Positions 12,351 through 26,500 of a stretch of 64,000 nucleotides of DNA are shown here, piece by piece; position 1 is the first letter of the stretch; the number at the start of each line of letters is the position of its first letter. The notes beneath the pieces were generated by a model that saw only the letters and a list, made by a program, of their open reading frames with translations, was not told the DNA's origin and ran no database searches. This DNA is from Octopus vulgaris. Taxonomy: Eukaryota. The translations under genes and the position numbers were made by a program. The stretch is from NCBI GenBank assembly GCA_951406725.2, contig OX597814.1, positions 43,400,001 to 43,464,000 on the forward strand, written 5' to 3'.

Positions 12351-15300
12351 AGTACCGAACTCAGATTTTTAAAGTTTCTATAAAGGAAACCCAACGCAAC
12401 AGGAGCAGTCTTAGAATTATGAGATAGTGTTTGAAAACAGTAATCATTAATGATTCGGATATCATAAAGGAAAACATTTCCTCCGTGCGACTTTGAAGCA
12501 TCACCTATAATTGTAAAATGCAAAAGATTAAACATAATTATGGTGTATAACATGTGTAGCATTGCGGTGGAGCTTACTGGAGCCTGTTCAGTCCAAGGAG
12601 TATTTTAACCCAAGAATGGAAGGCATCCAACATTTGAAAAATGGTAACAATTACTAATGATATATAACGATGCATATTCTCTTTCACACGCATATAGACG
12701 AAAACTCTAACACACACACCTACAGATGCATACGCACATACACACTCGTCACGTATTTGTAAAGAGGCGTAGAAATGTACAAAATCAATAATGCTAACAG
12801 AGTTCGTAAAAATAATGCAAAGATGTTGACGTTAAAAACTGGTAAACAGATTGTCTCCTTTGTGGAATTACAAACTTATAATTTCCTTTTATGTGAAAAT
12901 GAGAACGTAACACAATGGAAGCATATGCATATCAAAGTAAAAAAATATGCGCATATGTGTGAAAACAATTATTTTGCAAATATGCACTCTCACACGCAAC
13001 CTCGCGCACAGGTGGATACGCACTCCCATTCAAACGTCGGTGCCCTCATATGTTTGTATTAAGGAGCATATAGTTATTTAGATTCGGTAATGAAAATGCA
13101 GCTGAAAGAAAAACAGAAGAAATTCTAAAATTGTGGAGTTAAAATTGATAAATAGAAAGTAACGGTTAATGGAATATGATTTTACAAGATCTCGTTATAG
13201 GAATTTTAAAACGTAGTAGTATGAAATTATAAAACTATAAATGTGAGAGTAATATATGTTTACGTGGAAACCTCATTGCTGTTTGTTGTTGTTTTTGCTT
13301 GTTTTTTTAGGGAGAGTTTGTATATTTTCTTTTTTTTGTTTGGAAAATCACATGTGGTTTACTGAAAAATATAATTTTGGCAATACAATATTAGACGACA
13401 CAGCAGATGAATATAACGATGAATCTGTATTGTATGATGAAGTTGGTTGTGGATTTGAAATGCAAAGAAGTGTACAGTGTGGGAGACAAAATCTGATGAT
13501 GGCAGAAAGAGACGCTATGTTGATGTAATGAACCATATGAACAGTACTGAAGCTTTATCGAAATTGTTAATTAAAGCGGGTTCATTGGTTTCTAATGCTG
13601 GAATGGAAATTTCCGATCATTTAAACTTAAGTGTAGCAGTTTTGGCTCTTCAGTACATTTTCCTCTTATTGCCAGTTACCCTGATAATGAAACCAATCTG
13701 ACACTTGATAATGTTCTAACATATCATGCTCATAGGCAGTCCTATAATCGCAAATTGATCATTATAATTTTTGAGCCTCTGGTTTTGATATTTCCAAGTA
13801 TAACTTTGGTAGCTTGTAGGATGCTTTCCACGGGATTCAAAAATTAATGCTTGTTTGAGTAGAAACAATGCCGATACTATATAAGTTTAAGGTAGAGAGC
13901 AATCATTCAAATCCACGTCAAACCCGTACTACACAATGTTGCTAAGCAATCGATATTAGACAAATACTTGGATCTACATTTACGTGAAATGAGCACGACA
14001 ATATGAACGTACCTTACATAGAATTCAGTGAGCTGATTTAGCTGTAATCTAATGACTTTGATCAGATATTTGATCGAAGTTTTGATATTTGATAGCAGAT
14101 ATTAGATCAAAGTTTTGTTTATTGTTTATTATATGAAGGGAAAATCAAGTCGAGTATCCTATTGACTATGTTACGTCAATGCCAATAATGAAAAAATATA
14201 TTTTAACGCAAAATTTTCCTGGTTCTGTTTTGATGTTTGGAAACAATTTTACCAGGTATGTACATTAGACTTTCCAAAAATAAACTGTGGCCCACGTATC
14301 TGACTCTGAGAAATTCAAGCGTTTCTGAATGCCGTTTAGCTCAAAGAAAAGCGGACATGCGTTCGCTGATAATATACATAAATCTAACAACGCAATCGGT
14401 TAGATTTTACATAATTACAAAGTAACGTTTCATGCATTTACGGTAAAAGAAAACTTTGTCTGTGTTTGAATTCAATGTGACAGAAATTTTAAAATAGAAA
14501 GATTCAGCCCTACTGAAAACCTTAAAAGTATCATAAGGTTCATCAAATACTTTAAATCGATATATGTTACAGTCGTTGACAGAAATTTTTCGGAGCAAGT
14601 TACTGCCAATGCAATTCATCAAATTTATTGGAATATTCATTTCCTCAAATCTTAAACTATATATCGCGTAAATATAAAGTGACGTTGCAAGGTGATGGTT
14701 GAAGGGAAGCTTTACATTCAACAGTAAACACACTGTATCTGGAATTTTATTCTCATTATTTATCACAATTCTAATGGTGATCTCACATTATCGCACGTAT
14801 TATAAAGACTTGAACCAAGCGCTTCTTATATGCGAGAACCTGGAAGCCAGAGATTAAAATACAGAAAGTAATTGAAAATATTAGAGCCAAAAAAATTACG
14901 AAGCTGGTGTTGTAGAGAGACGGAAGAAGAAAGTCAATACAGGATTGATTAGTTTGATTGCCAAATTAATAAAACTGACGACAAATGTTGGAGTCTTGAT
15001 ACAATGTTATTATTTCACGTCTTATAAAACTAATAATTATCAGAAAATGCACATCATAATTTGCACATAACATAGGGGAAAATATATGACTGACTCCAGC
15101 TTGATATATGATTAAGTTTGATTGCAGAATTAACGAGCTATTGCGATTTATTGCAGCTGTAGATTACCTTACCGTGTTCACATAGAGTAACAAACCGTTT
15201 AAGAGTAGGTGTGTAGAGCACAATAATACATATGAAATATCGAGTAAACAAAGCAAATTGCATGGTGTTTGGCACCTGTTTGCCTTGCACCTGACTGTCT

Positions 15301-15924
15301 GAAACTGATCTTCTTTAATCTAGTTGATAGTCATGTAACTTACGAAGCTCAAGAATATTCAAAGGTTTCTGCTCTCAAAGTTCGATAGGACGTTGCAACT
15401 GATCAAGAAAATATACAACAAGTTTTTTTTCTCCTTTTTGCCCTTATTTATAGTTGTATTTATAATTTTCACCTTAAAATGTATTTTTCATATGCTGGCC
15501 ACTGATAATTTTTTTAAGTAAAATTTTATCCTTATATTAGAAGTAAATTAATTCTCATTCACTTCGCGTGCGTTTCCTTGCTACGGAATTTCAATTTGGC
15601 TATATCTGGGGTACTTAAATATATTCATGACTTTGCGTCTGCTTTTCCGTGGATGTGTCTAAGGATTTGATTTATTTTCATTTTGAGTTCCGTGCTGATA
15701 AAGGAAGAATACTTTTGGATTAATACAGAAATCGGAACCGATTTGTGGATAAATATATTTTTATGAATTTCTGTTCGCTGGCTTTCCTCAATTCGACACG
15801 TAGTGTAATAATATAAGTGAAAATATTTTATATGGTTAGACGATTTAGCATCTATTTTGCAGCATACAGGCAAAGAAATCTTTTCGTTTTTGTCCTTATT
15901 TATAATTATATATATATATATATT

Positions 15925-16145
15925 GCATTCAAAATGTGACTGTGTGTGTAACGTTGGCGATTTTTTTCCTCTGTCTTCATTTCTATGGATCTTTCCTTCT
16001 CCTATGTTTCCGACGAAGAGCTCCGCTCGAAACGTTAAATCCTCCTTCTTTCCTTCTTTCCTGAGCGTCCAATAATACTATATTTTTTCTATGTCCTCGC
16101 ATTGTTGTGTTTTTTTTGTGCTTTCTTGATTGGATTCACTTTACA
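15925..16145 (+). mobile_element. Short repeat family A with hammerhead motif (16006-16040)
   Basis: GUUU-CCGACGA-A-GAGC-UCC-GCUC-GAAA-CGUU-AAAU; flanked by (TA)n; homologous to the 36640 and 49225 copies. Confidence 0.8.
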
Positions 16146-19100
16146 TATATATATATATATATATATATATAGTCCTAAAAATATAATATGTGACAATTAG
16201 TTGGTTGTCATAATAAAACACAGTGTTTTGGATATCGGGGCTGAAGTTTGCTCCGGCATCTCATCAGGTATTAAGACAAAACGGTATGAAAATAAAAAAA
16301 AAACTTGAATAAAGGGAAATTACTCCAATAGGCATGGTGAAAGCAATACTTCATTCTTAGAATCCTCATATGCACACTTATACACATACATACATCTACG
16401 CACACATACACATGTATGTATACATATCTATATAAATACTCACATACGCGTGTACATATACATAAACACACCAACGCACACACAATTCTACTTATGAAGA
16501 CAATGCGGGTATATAGCATATATTTGCATAACTCTAATAGGTTGACAGAAACATCGTTTTAACTCATTTCTGGAGTTACATTCTCCTCTACCGTGTAAAT
16601 TTATTTTTCAGAATTAATGTACTTCCTTGTATATTTTGATATACATATATACACTCATGCACACAGACATACTTATCAACATACATGCATATCTATGTGC
16701 ATGCGCTCGTGTATGTGTATCTATGATTGTGTATGTGAGAGAGAGTAAACAAAGATATTTAGATATAAAAAAAATTACATTGATGGAAATCAGGAAATAG
16801 CAGAAAAACCTTTTGTATGTTGTCACTGACATAGTAATTTATTGTTTACAGGTCAAGACAAAATGTGTAGGTTCACTGCAATCAGGCCCTCATGACTTGC
16901 AAATGAATGGAAAGGAATCATTTATCAAAATCTCTTGGTAGGGAAATTTTCTATGATTATACATATATATTTTTTTATATTTCATACACTGAATGATCGG
17001 CTCACGAGAGAGTGAATTTCAAAACATACATTATATGACAAGTTATAGGCTTCTCGTTAAAGCCATGGTTATCTTGAAATATATCATATATAATGTAAAG
17101 TTAGCTTAACAATATCTTTCACATATTTAATACCAAATATCGTGTTTTCTTAATCTGACAAAAAATATTTTCGTTCGAATAACTTTATAAGGGAATGAAA
17201 TCCACATATCGCTGTCTGCCTCGTGAATAATCTAAGGTATATGAATATACATCTAACCGTATAGTTGCTATACATTTGATGAGTGTTTTCATGCAGTTCT
17301 AGCTAATCTTTATGGTTGTTTTTCTTCCCACGCAATGCAGATAGTATAAGGATATAGGGAGTGTAGTGAAGTAAATTCTATTGTTATTACAAAACGCTGC
17401 TAAGATATCTGAGATATGTTTATGGTTTTAATTTCGGCCATATCTCTCACTTATTCGCTAATAATTACATAAAGTCTTGCTGATTTTACATTATATAAAA
17501 GTCGTCATCATAACCATTTTCAGTAACGTGGGAATAATCATTTTCAGTATCAGCAGCAGCAGTAACCATAGCATATTTACCAAATTATTCTCAAATGCAT
17601 AATTTCTCTATAATATTTCGTATTTATTCAAAATTTTCAAAAGTTTGTGATATCCCTTTCCAAGAAAGATCAAGAGCTACGAGCGTATCAAATATAATTT
17701 AGAAAATACAAACTAAAAAATCCAATTTATTCAAGAGCCTTATTTTGACAGAAATACACGAAAATCTGGATGTATAACACAAACTTTCAACAGCTTTCAT
17801 ATTTATTAATCACATTAATAACACGAAATTAAAAAGAGAACAGGTAAGGTAACTCCGAAAATAGATGGGATACATTTAGAACAAGGCCGTTGAATGATGT
17901 CAGATAATTTAATGTAGTTGGGTATACCCTCAGTAGTGGAAAATGGTGTGATTTTCTTAGGTATACTTAGCGCACGAATTGTCAAGAACTTAGTGCGTCT
18001 GCCAGTTAAATAGTAAAATTATGCTGTTTTATTTCTATAGTATAAAACTCTAATTTTTATTGTATTAATTTACCCAGATCTCATAAAGTTTGACTGAGAT
18101 TTTTCTCTTTTTTTAACATATTTTCTAGATTAAATGTGACATAAGTATTGAATATGATTTCCAGTGCCTTTTTACTTTTTCGATCTTAGGTTTTATCTCG
18201 AGTGAACATTTTAGAGTTGGCCTATGGCACTGCTGGACGAGAAAGTGGGCACATATTGGGACACTCAATATTCTCAAGTTCCCTGACTGATTGTATTATA
18301 TACACTTAAGTGTATATATCACTATCAAATAGCCGTGATTGTTTGGTATACTTTCAGTTGCTTCCAACTCTATGTTTGAGTTATTTAGGTCATTTATTTA
18401 ATATTAATATTTACTTTTAAACCATACACCAGTACCACAGCGGACACACATATTGTTTAATGACCTTCGGTATTTAACATCAGCCTTATAGCTGACAGTA
18501 AAATCTTCATATGTTATACTTATTTAATAGTATTTTGTACTCAGGTTAATAATATTTGTAGTTCAGTCGTCTGTATTAGGAGCTATAATCAATTCATTTC
18601 ATTTACAATGAAGGGGGAGAATGCTATTCATTTAACTGGAATTGGAGGTTTATAAGGGAATTACTTAATACAAAACGTTGAATATCAGATAGTGCAAATT
18701 GTGAACAGTGTCTATTGTTAACATATCCTTCAACAGCTGCTTCTCAATTAAATTATTTCTTTATTAAATTAAGCATTTTATCGATAGATCCCTTCTCAAC
18801 AATTTAATAACAGACTATATCCTGATATATAGTTTCTTCGATTTCTACTTATCAGTTATAATTGGATAGCCAGCTTAGCAATACCATTAAAAAACATTTC
18901 TTTTCCTTAGGCTTTAAAATACAATAACACATAATCGTTGTAAATCTATGAAAATTTAATGATTCCCTTATCCTAAAGGAAAATCGAAGTTTACAGAGTG
19001 TTTAGTATTTTTATATTAATTTTTAAATTCCTTCGGGGCCTAATTAAATGATATTCATAATACAAAAGTCACGCGAAGGGCACGAAAAATTTTCTGAGAG

Positions 19101-19216
19101 TCTGGGTTTAAAAAGCAATAAACCGTAGAGACTCTCTTCCCTCTCTTCTCCTCTCCCACGCTCTCTTTTTTCTGTATAACTATATCTATCTCCTCCCTCT
19201 CTCTCACTCTCTCACA

Positions 19217-19308
<92 letters not shown>

Positions 19309-19379
19309 GTATATATATGCTTTTCATAAATAAGGGCAAACGAGTATGAGTAAGTATCTCATTTATTTCTTTTGCCACA

Positions 19380-19436
19380 TGTATCACTGACGAAGGTAGG
19401 GCTGTTATAAGCTAAACCTGAAATCGGTCCGATATG
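19380..19436 (+). ncRNA. Minimal type-I hammerhead ribozyme, intact core
   Basis: UGUAUCA-CUGACGA-AGGU...ACCU-GAAA-UCGG-UC-CGAUAUG; stem I pairs except the first pair; downstream 19560-19690 is homologous to 15435-15540. Confidence 0.8.
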
Positions 19437-19719
19437 GTAATAATGGATTTTTTTTAGAAATTTCTGTCGACCTTTTTTCGAGTAGCGTGCGTATTGTGGA
19501 AAAATTATATGGTTAATGGACAACAGGTCCAGTTTTTCGGCATATTTGGCAATTGAATTTTTTTTCGTTTGCCCTTATTTATGAATTATCTATAGATTTA
19601 ACCTTTCAATGTATTTTTTCATATGCTGGCCATTGATAAAAATCTTTTTCGAAAAGAATTTTCTTTCGAAAAAATGTTATCCTACATTAGATATGTATAT
19701 ATATGTATATATATCAACA

Positions 19720-19980
19720 TGATCACCATGACCGACTAGACTATCATGTGTTGCTCCACAAATCTCTGGTCATCATGCGCTTCGCATTGTTTTTGATTTT
19801 AAATGACGCTACCCCGCTGGCTAAGCGAGCAGGTCAACAGAAGAAAGAGAGAGAGAAATTTGTGGTAAAAGAGTACAATAGGGATTGTCACTACCCCTTG
19901 CTGGAGCGTCGTGGAGTTTTAGGTGTTTTCGCTCAATAGACACTCACAACGCCCGTTCTGTGTATCGAAACGGCGACCCT
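19720..19980 (-). mobile_element. tRNA-derived SINE (family of 49981)
   Basis: rc matches the cgggcgttgtgagtgt.tattgagcgaaaacacctaaa.ctccacga body of 49981-50361. Confidence 0.8.
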
Positions 19981-19999
19981 ATATATAAGCAAAGTTATA

Positions 20000-20330
20000 G
20001 AGAAGAGACTCAAAGCTGCAGAAATGTAGATTTATTGAAAAATACTTAGAATCTCGTGGGTACAGAGGGTGACAAATGTGAAAGTGTGGAAATAGATGAA
20101 AGTGAGGAGGCAGTTGATGGATACTATCAGAGAGAGACAGTTGAGATTTGTTGGTCATTTTCGCAGAGAAGATGGTCGAATGGAGCGTTGCATGGCGGAG
20201 ATTGCGCTGGTGGGCAGGAGTGCGACAGAAAGGCATAGTATGAAGGTGTTCGACTGGATGAAGAACAGAGAGAAGTTGTAGAGTGAGAAAGACCAGGATG
20301 ATGTTGCGTGAAACAGAAATAAATAGAGGC
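20000..20330 (+). mobile_element. Decayed RTE-like LINE 3' fragment
   Basis: IRERQLRFVGHFRRED motif. Confidence 0.6.
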
Positions 20331-20380
20331 AGAACAAGTCATGACAAAAGTGAGACAGAGACAATTTTACAATTTTATTA

Positions 20381-20773
20381 TCTTTATATATAAAAGAAAG
20401 GTTGTGTGTCTGTCTACTTCGATTTAGATTCCTAACTACTCCCACATTTTGCGGTGCAGTTTAACCAAAACCGGGTATCTTATAGTCGTGATTCATATCG
20501 AGCCCTTGTGGGTATTAGCGCGCATCTACGATGAGTCTACGATTTTAAAAACAATTTACCATCATTCTTTTCCCTTTTAATGCATATTTTTTTAATATAA
20601 GGGAAGTAACACTCTAAAAATGTCTACGATGAGTCAACGATTTAAAAAAAATTCACCATATTTTTTTTTTCATTTTTAATGCATTTTTTTGCTATTTTTT
20701 GGCTATAGCTCTCTAAAAATGATTTATAGTTATTTCCCTTACGAACCCGAGCAACGCCGGGCGATACTGCTAG
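20381..20773 (+). mobile_element. Non-autonomous Helitron
   Basis: A|TCTTTATATATAAAA 5' end; 3' hairpin cccgagcaacgccggg followed by CTAG|T; inserted at AT with no TSD; internal repeat of tctacgatgagtc.acgattt. Confidence 0.8.
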
Positions 20774-21065
20774 TATTGAAATAAACTAGTAATTTCATGC
20801 GTTCCGCAATTTAGAACGGATTTTAATTTATCAATGAAATTCTTTTCACATATTTTTTTGTGAATGTAATTTCAGATGTGTAGTTTATAGGTTGGGAATA
20901 TTATACCTTTAAGCAACCATCTGGCAACATGCGGTCGGACGAAAGTTTATATTCCCATTCTACAAACTACACAACTAAAGTGAAATTGAGAGAAAATCCG
21001 AGAAAAGAATGTTATTGATATATTTAAAACCGTTCTAAATAAGCAGTTATAGTAACGGTAAAAAT

Positions 21066-21266
<201 letters not shown>

Positions 21267-22199
21267 AAGCACTATAGTTAATACTACTGCTGTCACCACC
21301 AGCACTAACAACAGTAACAATAGCAATAGAAGTCACGGGAGGATGTTAGTAGTGTTGACCAACTCAACACTGACTAGATTCCCATGTAAAACTTTCTGGA
21401 GTAACAATAGAATTCAATGAAATCAGGGATGTACTTTACAACATTCTAAAATATAATCAAACAATTATTCCTGTTGTTGCAATCAAAGTGAAGAATCCTT
21501 GACGCACTCACGAAACCATGATGTCTAAGCCACGTACTGATTCAGTTACAATTTAATTGGTACGCTCACCAATCTGTGATTTCGAAGCCACTTGCTGAAT
21601 TGTCAAAATACAGCTCATATGATTTAGCATGCAGAAGCCCATCGAAAGATATTTAAAGATTAAATACTGTTATGAATTGCGGAACGTGACTGTCATTACA
21701 TACTTGATGATTGGGCATGAAAGCGTTGTTATAAAACATTTTCATAAACTGAAAACTGATTGAAAACAACAAGTGTCTATATTTCCACGTGTTTGTATAA
21801 ATTTAAAATGCGATACTTGACCTCATGTTAAAAATTATACGTAACAATTATAGTTGCTACTGATAGCATGTACTGTTAATTCAAATAAGTAAAGACAGTG
21901 TATGCAATATAACCGACGACAGATAATTGAGAACATTGAAATTTTCAATAATATTCAAAATTTCCACGTCTCCTTGTAATTTTAAGGGTTCATAATACTG
22001 CAGTTTTATAGATTCTGTGCCAACAGGATGTGGTTATTTCAGAATGTTAACTAAATTTTGTTCGAGGAATATTTCATACATCTCCGTCGTACAATTTTGA
22101 CACACTTCATTGTTTTGCTTGGTTTCATATATTAGTTAAATTTGTAAGGGATTTAAAAAAAGTGCGTTGGCATCATTTAATTTCCATATTGATTTAGAC

Positions 22200-23230
22200 A
22201 AGAAGATGCAAGATCTTTTTTATTTGGATTTATTAAATATATGATGTCGTTTAAATGTTCTCTTGAAAGTATTTCGCCAATGGGAAAAATTTCAAGCCTC
22301 ACTCAACTTCATGTACACAAGAAAATTGAGTCTACTTTCATTATGGAATCACACAAACAGTAAATGCGTGCTTAGTCGTTATATTTAGAAAAGTTTCAAA
22401 GTTAAAACATTTCAATATTTAAAATTGGCTCCTTCAAAAACAGTCAAAATCCAAACATACAGACACCTATCAAAAAGCAATATATCAATATTCCGTACTC
22501 GGTGACAAATTTGCCAGTAGTGATGAAGAAGAACTTCCTGAAAACGTTACCACAAGAAACCCAAAGCTTCGAAAATATATAGTATAGAAATGTACTTCTT
22601 TGTGAAAAATATAGCAGAAAAAATCACAAAAAATAGTGGAAAAGGAAATAGAAAAAGAAAACAATTTACCAACATTATATTCCACTCATTCGGAAAAGAT
22701 TTCCTCAGTTTGATAAACAAATCTAAAATACCAAACATATATGAATAGATTGCAAAATGAACTAAACAGAAAAATAAGAGTAATAAAAATACCATAATCT
22801 CTTTGTTAAATCAGATAAACTACGAAAACTTATGCAGTAGACGAACCTACTGACACAATGTCGTATCAAGTGCTTATATATAATTCTGTTGCAAGTACTT
22901 TTATGTACTAAACATACACAGACATTGGATGAACTAAATGTCATTAAATTCAGTATTGAAGAAAGATCAGCTGCACTCTGCTAGACATATTATTTTTTTA
23001 ATCATAGACTCAATTCAATGCACCACCCCAAAACAGGTACACTCTCAAAAACCTGACTTGGGACCTCAACTGAATATTGTATAGCTATTTTTCTTTATAC
23101 ATTAATACAGGTTTCATGAAGTACAACCAAAATCAGCATGAGACATTTTCAATTGGATATATTGAATTATCTCTCCTATACTAAAACAATAACTGAAGAT
23201 GATCTAAATACCTCGAAACTAAGTTGGTAT
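22200..23230 (+). mobile_element. Heavily decayed Penelope-like element 3' region with degenerate hammerhead at about 23190-23228
   Basis: Fragmentary thumb/endonuclease-like coding remnants, then ctgaagatga...tcgaaactaagtt. Confidence 0.4.
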
Positions 23231-23390
23231 CGCAAACCTGTCAGCTGCAAGAGGGTAGTAGGGGTTCGCTCCTCCTTCTAACAATATATTATATATAAAG
23301 AGTGTAGAGTGTTGCACCGATAAACAATCTGCGTGGGGTTAAATTAGTAATAACATTCAACAGCCACTTCGATGTGGCAACAGACTTTAC

Positions 23391-23401
23391 TATATATATA
23401 T

Positions 23402-23476
<75 letters not shown>

Positions 23477-23509
23477 TATATATATATATATATATATATA
23501 TACATACTG

Positions 23510-23540
<31 letters not shown>

Positions 23541-23542
23541 CA

Positions 23543-23573
<31 letters not shown>
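23391..23573. repeat. (TA)n microsatellite
   Basis: Direct reading. Confidence 0.97.
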
Positions 23574-23577
<4 letters not shown>

Positions 23578-26500
23578 TTTCTTTTTCTTTATTCCATTAA
23601 ATTATTAATTGTGCACGCGAAAATATAACGATGCGGTTAACAAAATATTTGGAAACTGAATTAAACTTTTGTGGTGTAGTTACTTTCTATATTTGCTACC
23701 TACCTTAAATTGTGAACAACAAGCAAAAAATGTATAAGTAAACACGACTCTTGACAGCAACTACATAACACGATGTTTTCTGAATTTTTTTTTTACTTTA
23801 ACATGTCAGGTATAGAATCCGACAATATTAATGACTTCCTTGTCATAACACATCTTAAATTTATTCAAACAATATTTACGATATATTTTCAGAGAAGATT
23901 TTCGAGATGACGGTTTCTTACAAAGTAATTTCTATTATTCCTCATTTAAACATATTCTCACTTTAGAAATTCTATGAATTTTACCTGCTAAATTTGTATT
24001 CTTTCCAACTTTTTACTTGGTTGGAGGTATTGTTCTCTTTCACCCTGAACTACACTTTAAACAACTATTTTCCAAACCTGTTTAATCTGGGGTTTTTTTA
24101 GACTCAAATGATTGGTCTTTAAACATTTGATTTAATCTAAAATAAAGTAATTTAATTGAAATATTTACACATCCCTTAAATGCTACGAAACAGTCCTCTC
24201 TCAATACAAAACCGAGTAGATTTCTTTTACTTACTTGCTGCACAAACTGATCGGCCAAACGTGAACGCTATCTTCAACGCTATCTGCAGTATATTTGTAT
24301 ATCTATCTATATATGAGTGTGTGTATCAATTACTTGATTCTATTCAAAATATAATAATGTGATACAGACAGTGAAAACGAAAAGTAACGAGAAGGACACG
24401 AGTTACTTTCAATATGTTATTTATTCTTTCACATCATGTCTTTGGACATAATTGAATCAAATATTTGCGAGATTACTATTTCGAATAATTGAATCATAAT
24501 TTCTTATTTGCGATAGATAAACGTCCTTGAGGCAAGATGTATTAAACGATATGCCAAAACATTATAAATTTAGACAAGCCACTTCTCACTTACCTAACGA
24601 TTGGAAAAAATATAAAGGAATATTTACTCTCATAAAAACAAAATATACATAATTCACACTGAAACAAGCAAAAAATATTTCCTAGTTTTAACAAAGTTTC
24701 GTGATATTTTTATAAGAATGGATTAGATTTCCAACTTTAAAATATTGCAATACTAAAACAGAACGCAAAACGTATCTGCTTATCTTAATCCAATAAAGAA
24801 GAGGAATCTTATCTCGTATCTGTAGTGCCGAATATCCAATTATAGTTATTATTCCACACCTTTGTCCACGTCATACTTGTTGTATTTATATCAAAGAATA
24901 TTTCACTGTACGCGTTAATGTGTTGCTACCGATATTGACTGGAAATCTGGCCGTGAGAATCGTATGTGTCTATGTGTATGTTGCTATAACAAATGCCAAA
25001 ACAGTACGCTGGACTGACAGAATCATTTAATGTATCGGACAAAGCACCTTGCAATATTTATTTGCGTTACATATCATTCTGTGTTGAAATTTTGCTGGTC
25101 TCCACAATGCTTTCAAAGATCTACAATGCAAAATAAAACAGTGCTTACGTCCTAACATGATTTAGTCGCTAAAACTTACTTTCGAATGTTGCAGGCTTTT
25201 TGGAAACAATTATTGATTCTAACAGAAACATTGCATTCTAGGTTATTTTCTGCTAGATTTTGTAAAACGCACTCACTTATGTTTATGTGTGTGTTTGTGT
25301 GTGTTCCTTTGTGTGTGGCTGTGTATGTGCGTGCATTTGTATATTACTCTGCTTTCTGCATTTATCATCAATATTATCCAATGTGCTTGACCAAAAACTT
25401 CGAAAAATACTGAAAATTATAAAATGATGTAATAAAATGTGCAACTGAGGTTAAGAATGAACAGTCTTTTACTCATTTACAAGAACATTTCAAATAAAAC
25501 GTTAGCTAAGTAACTTTAAATACATTTTCTAACATTAGGGATTCATGAGATGCCATGCCAATATGTCATAGTTGTTTTAATTCACCTAAGATGTGGATCT
25601 ATTGACACACGTCTGCTCGGTGTTGGTTTTAAATAAACTGCTAAAAATGTGGTTATAATGACATAGCTCTGTAAGTGATGTAATGTGACACCTCTTTGTG
25701 AATATGTTATGACACAACTTAACATTGCTCAAAATAGTACGGATCAGAGAGTTGGATGAAATAAAAATGACTACCTAGCTGAAACCACACCACCTTGGTG
25801 GTAGTTACGTCACACTTAAGTATTTATTGCAATAAAATAACCGGCAAGTGTTATAATGACACAAAGATTTGTTGAATATAACAATAAACAGGGGAGCTGG
25901 TTGATGATTTGGTCATGTACTTTCCATACATAAGCACAGCTCAATAAATTGGGATCTAGTTTGCGTTCACAATGAATAGCAAAATTTTCTAGAACATTTT
26001 GCTTCAGCCACAATTGGGAGAGACTTGAGCAAATATCTTAAGTATCTAATCGAAGATGAAGACCAGTGAGATGAAACAATATAGCATTCGTTTGTGCTAC
26101 GCTAATGTGATTGAGTTCTGAAAGAACTGAGTAGAGAAGAAAAGAAAAACATAACTTGAAGCTAGAAAACAACTCGTCGACTTACAGTTAGTGCTAGTCG
26201 ACAAATCTGAAGCTGATAATTCTAAAGGTCAGTAGGTGGTACATGATGCAAAGAATGGTAAATACAGTGCTATAGATTACGATTATATCTGTAACGCATG
26301 GCATTCTAGCGACCTCTAGCTCTCTGAGACAATTTTAGATGGGATGGAAGGATAAAAGTTCGAAAATGGGAACATGTGGGATATGACTTTTTGCTAGCAT
26401 AAAGTAAGATATTCAAATATTCGAGGCCTTTCATGACCATATTTACTTTGAAACGTTTTATGTATGTTTTAGTAGTAAAAGTCTTACAAATTTCTCAGTG

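Noticed and set aside
13256-14900. Cluster of 60-119 aa ORFs in unique-looking sequence
   Set aside because: No recognisable motifs, consistent frame or splice structure; a UTR or lncRNA cannot be excluded.
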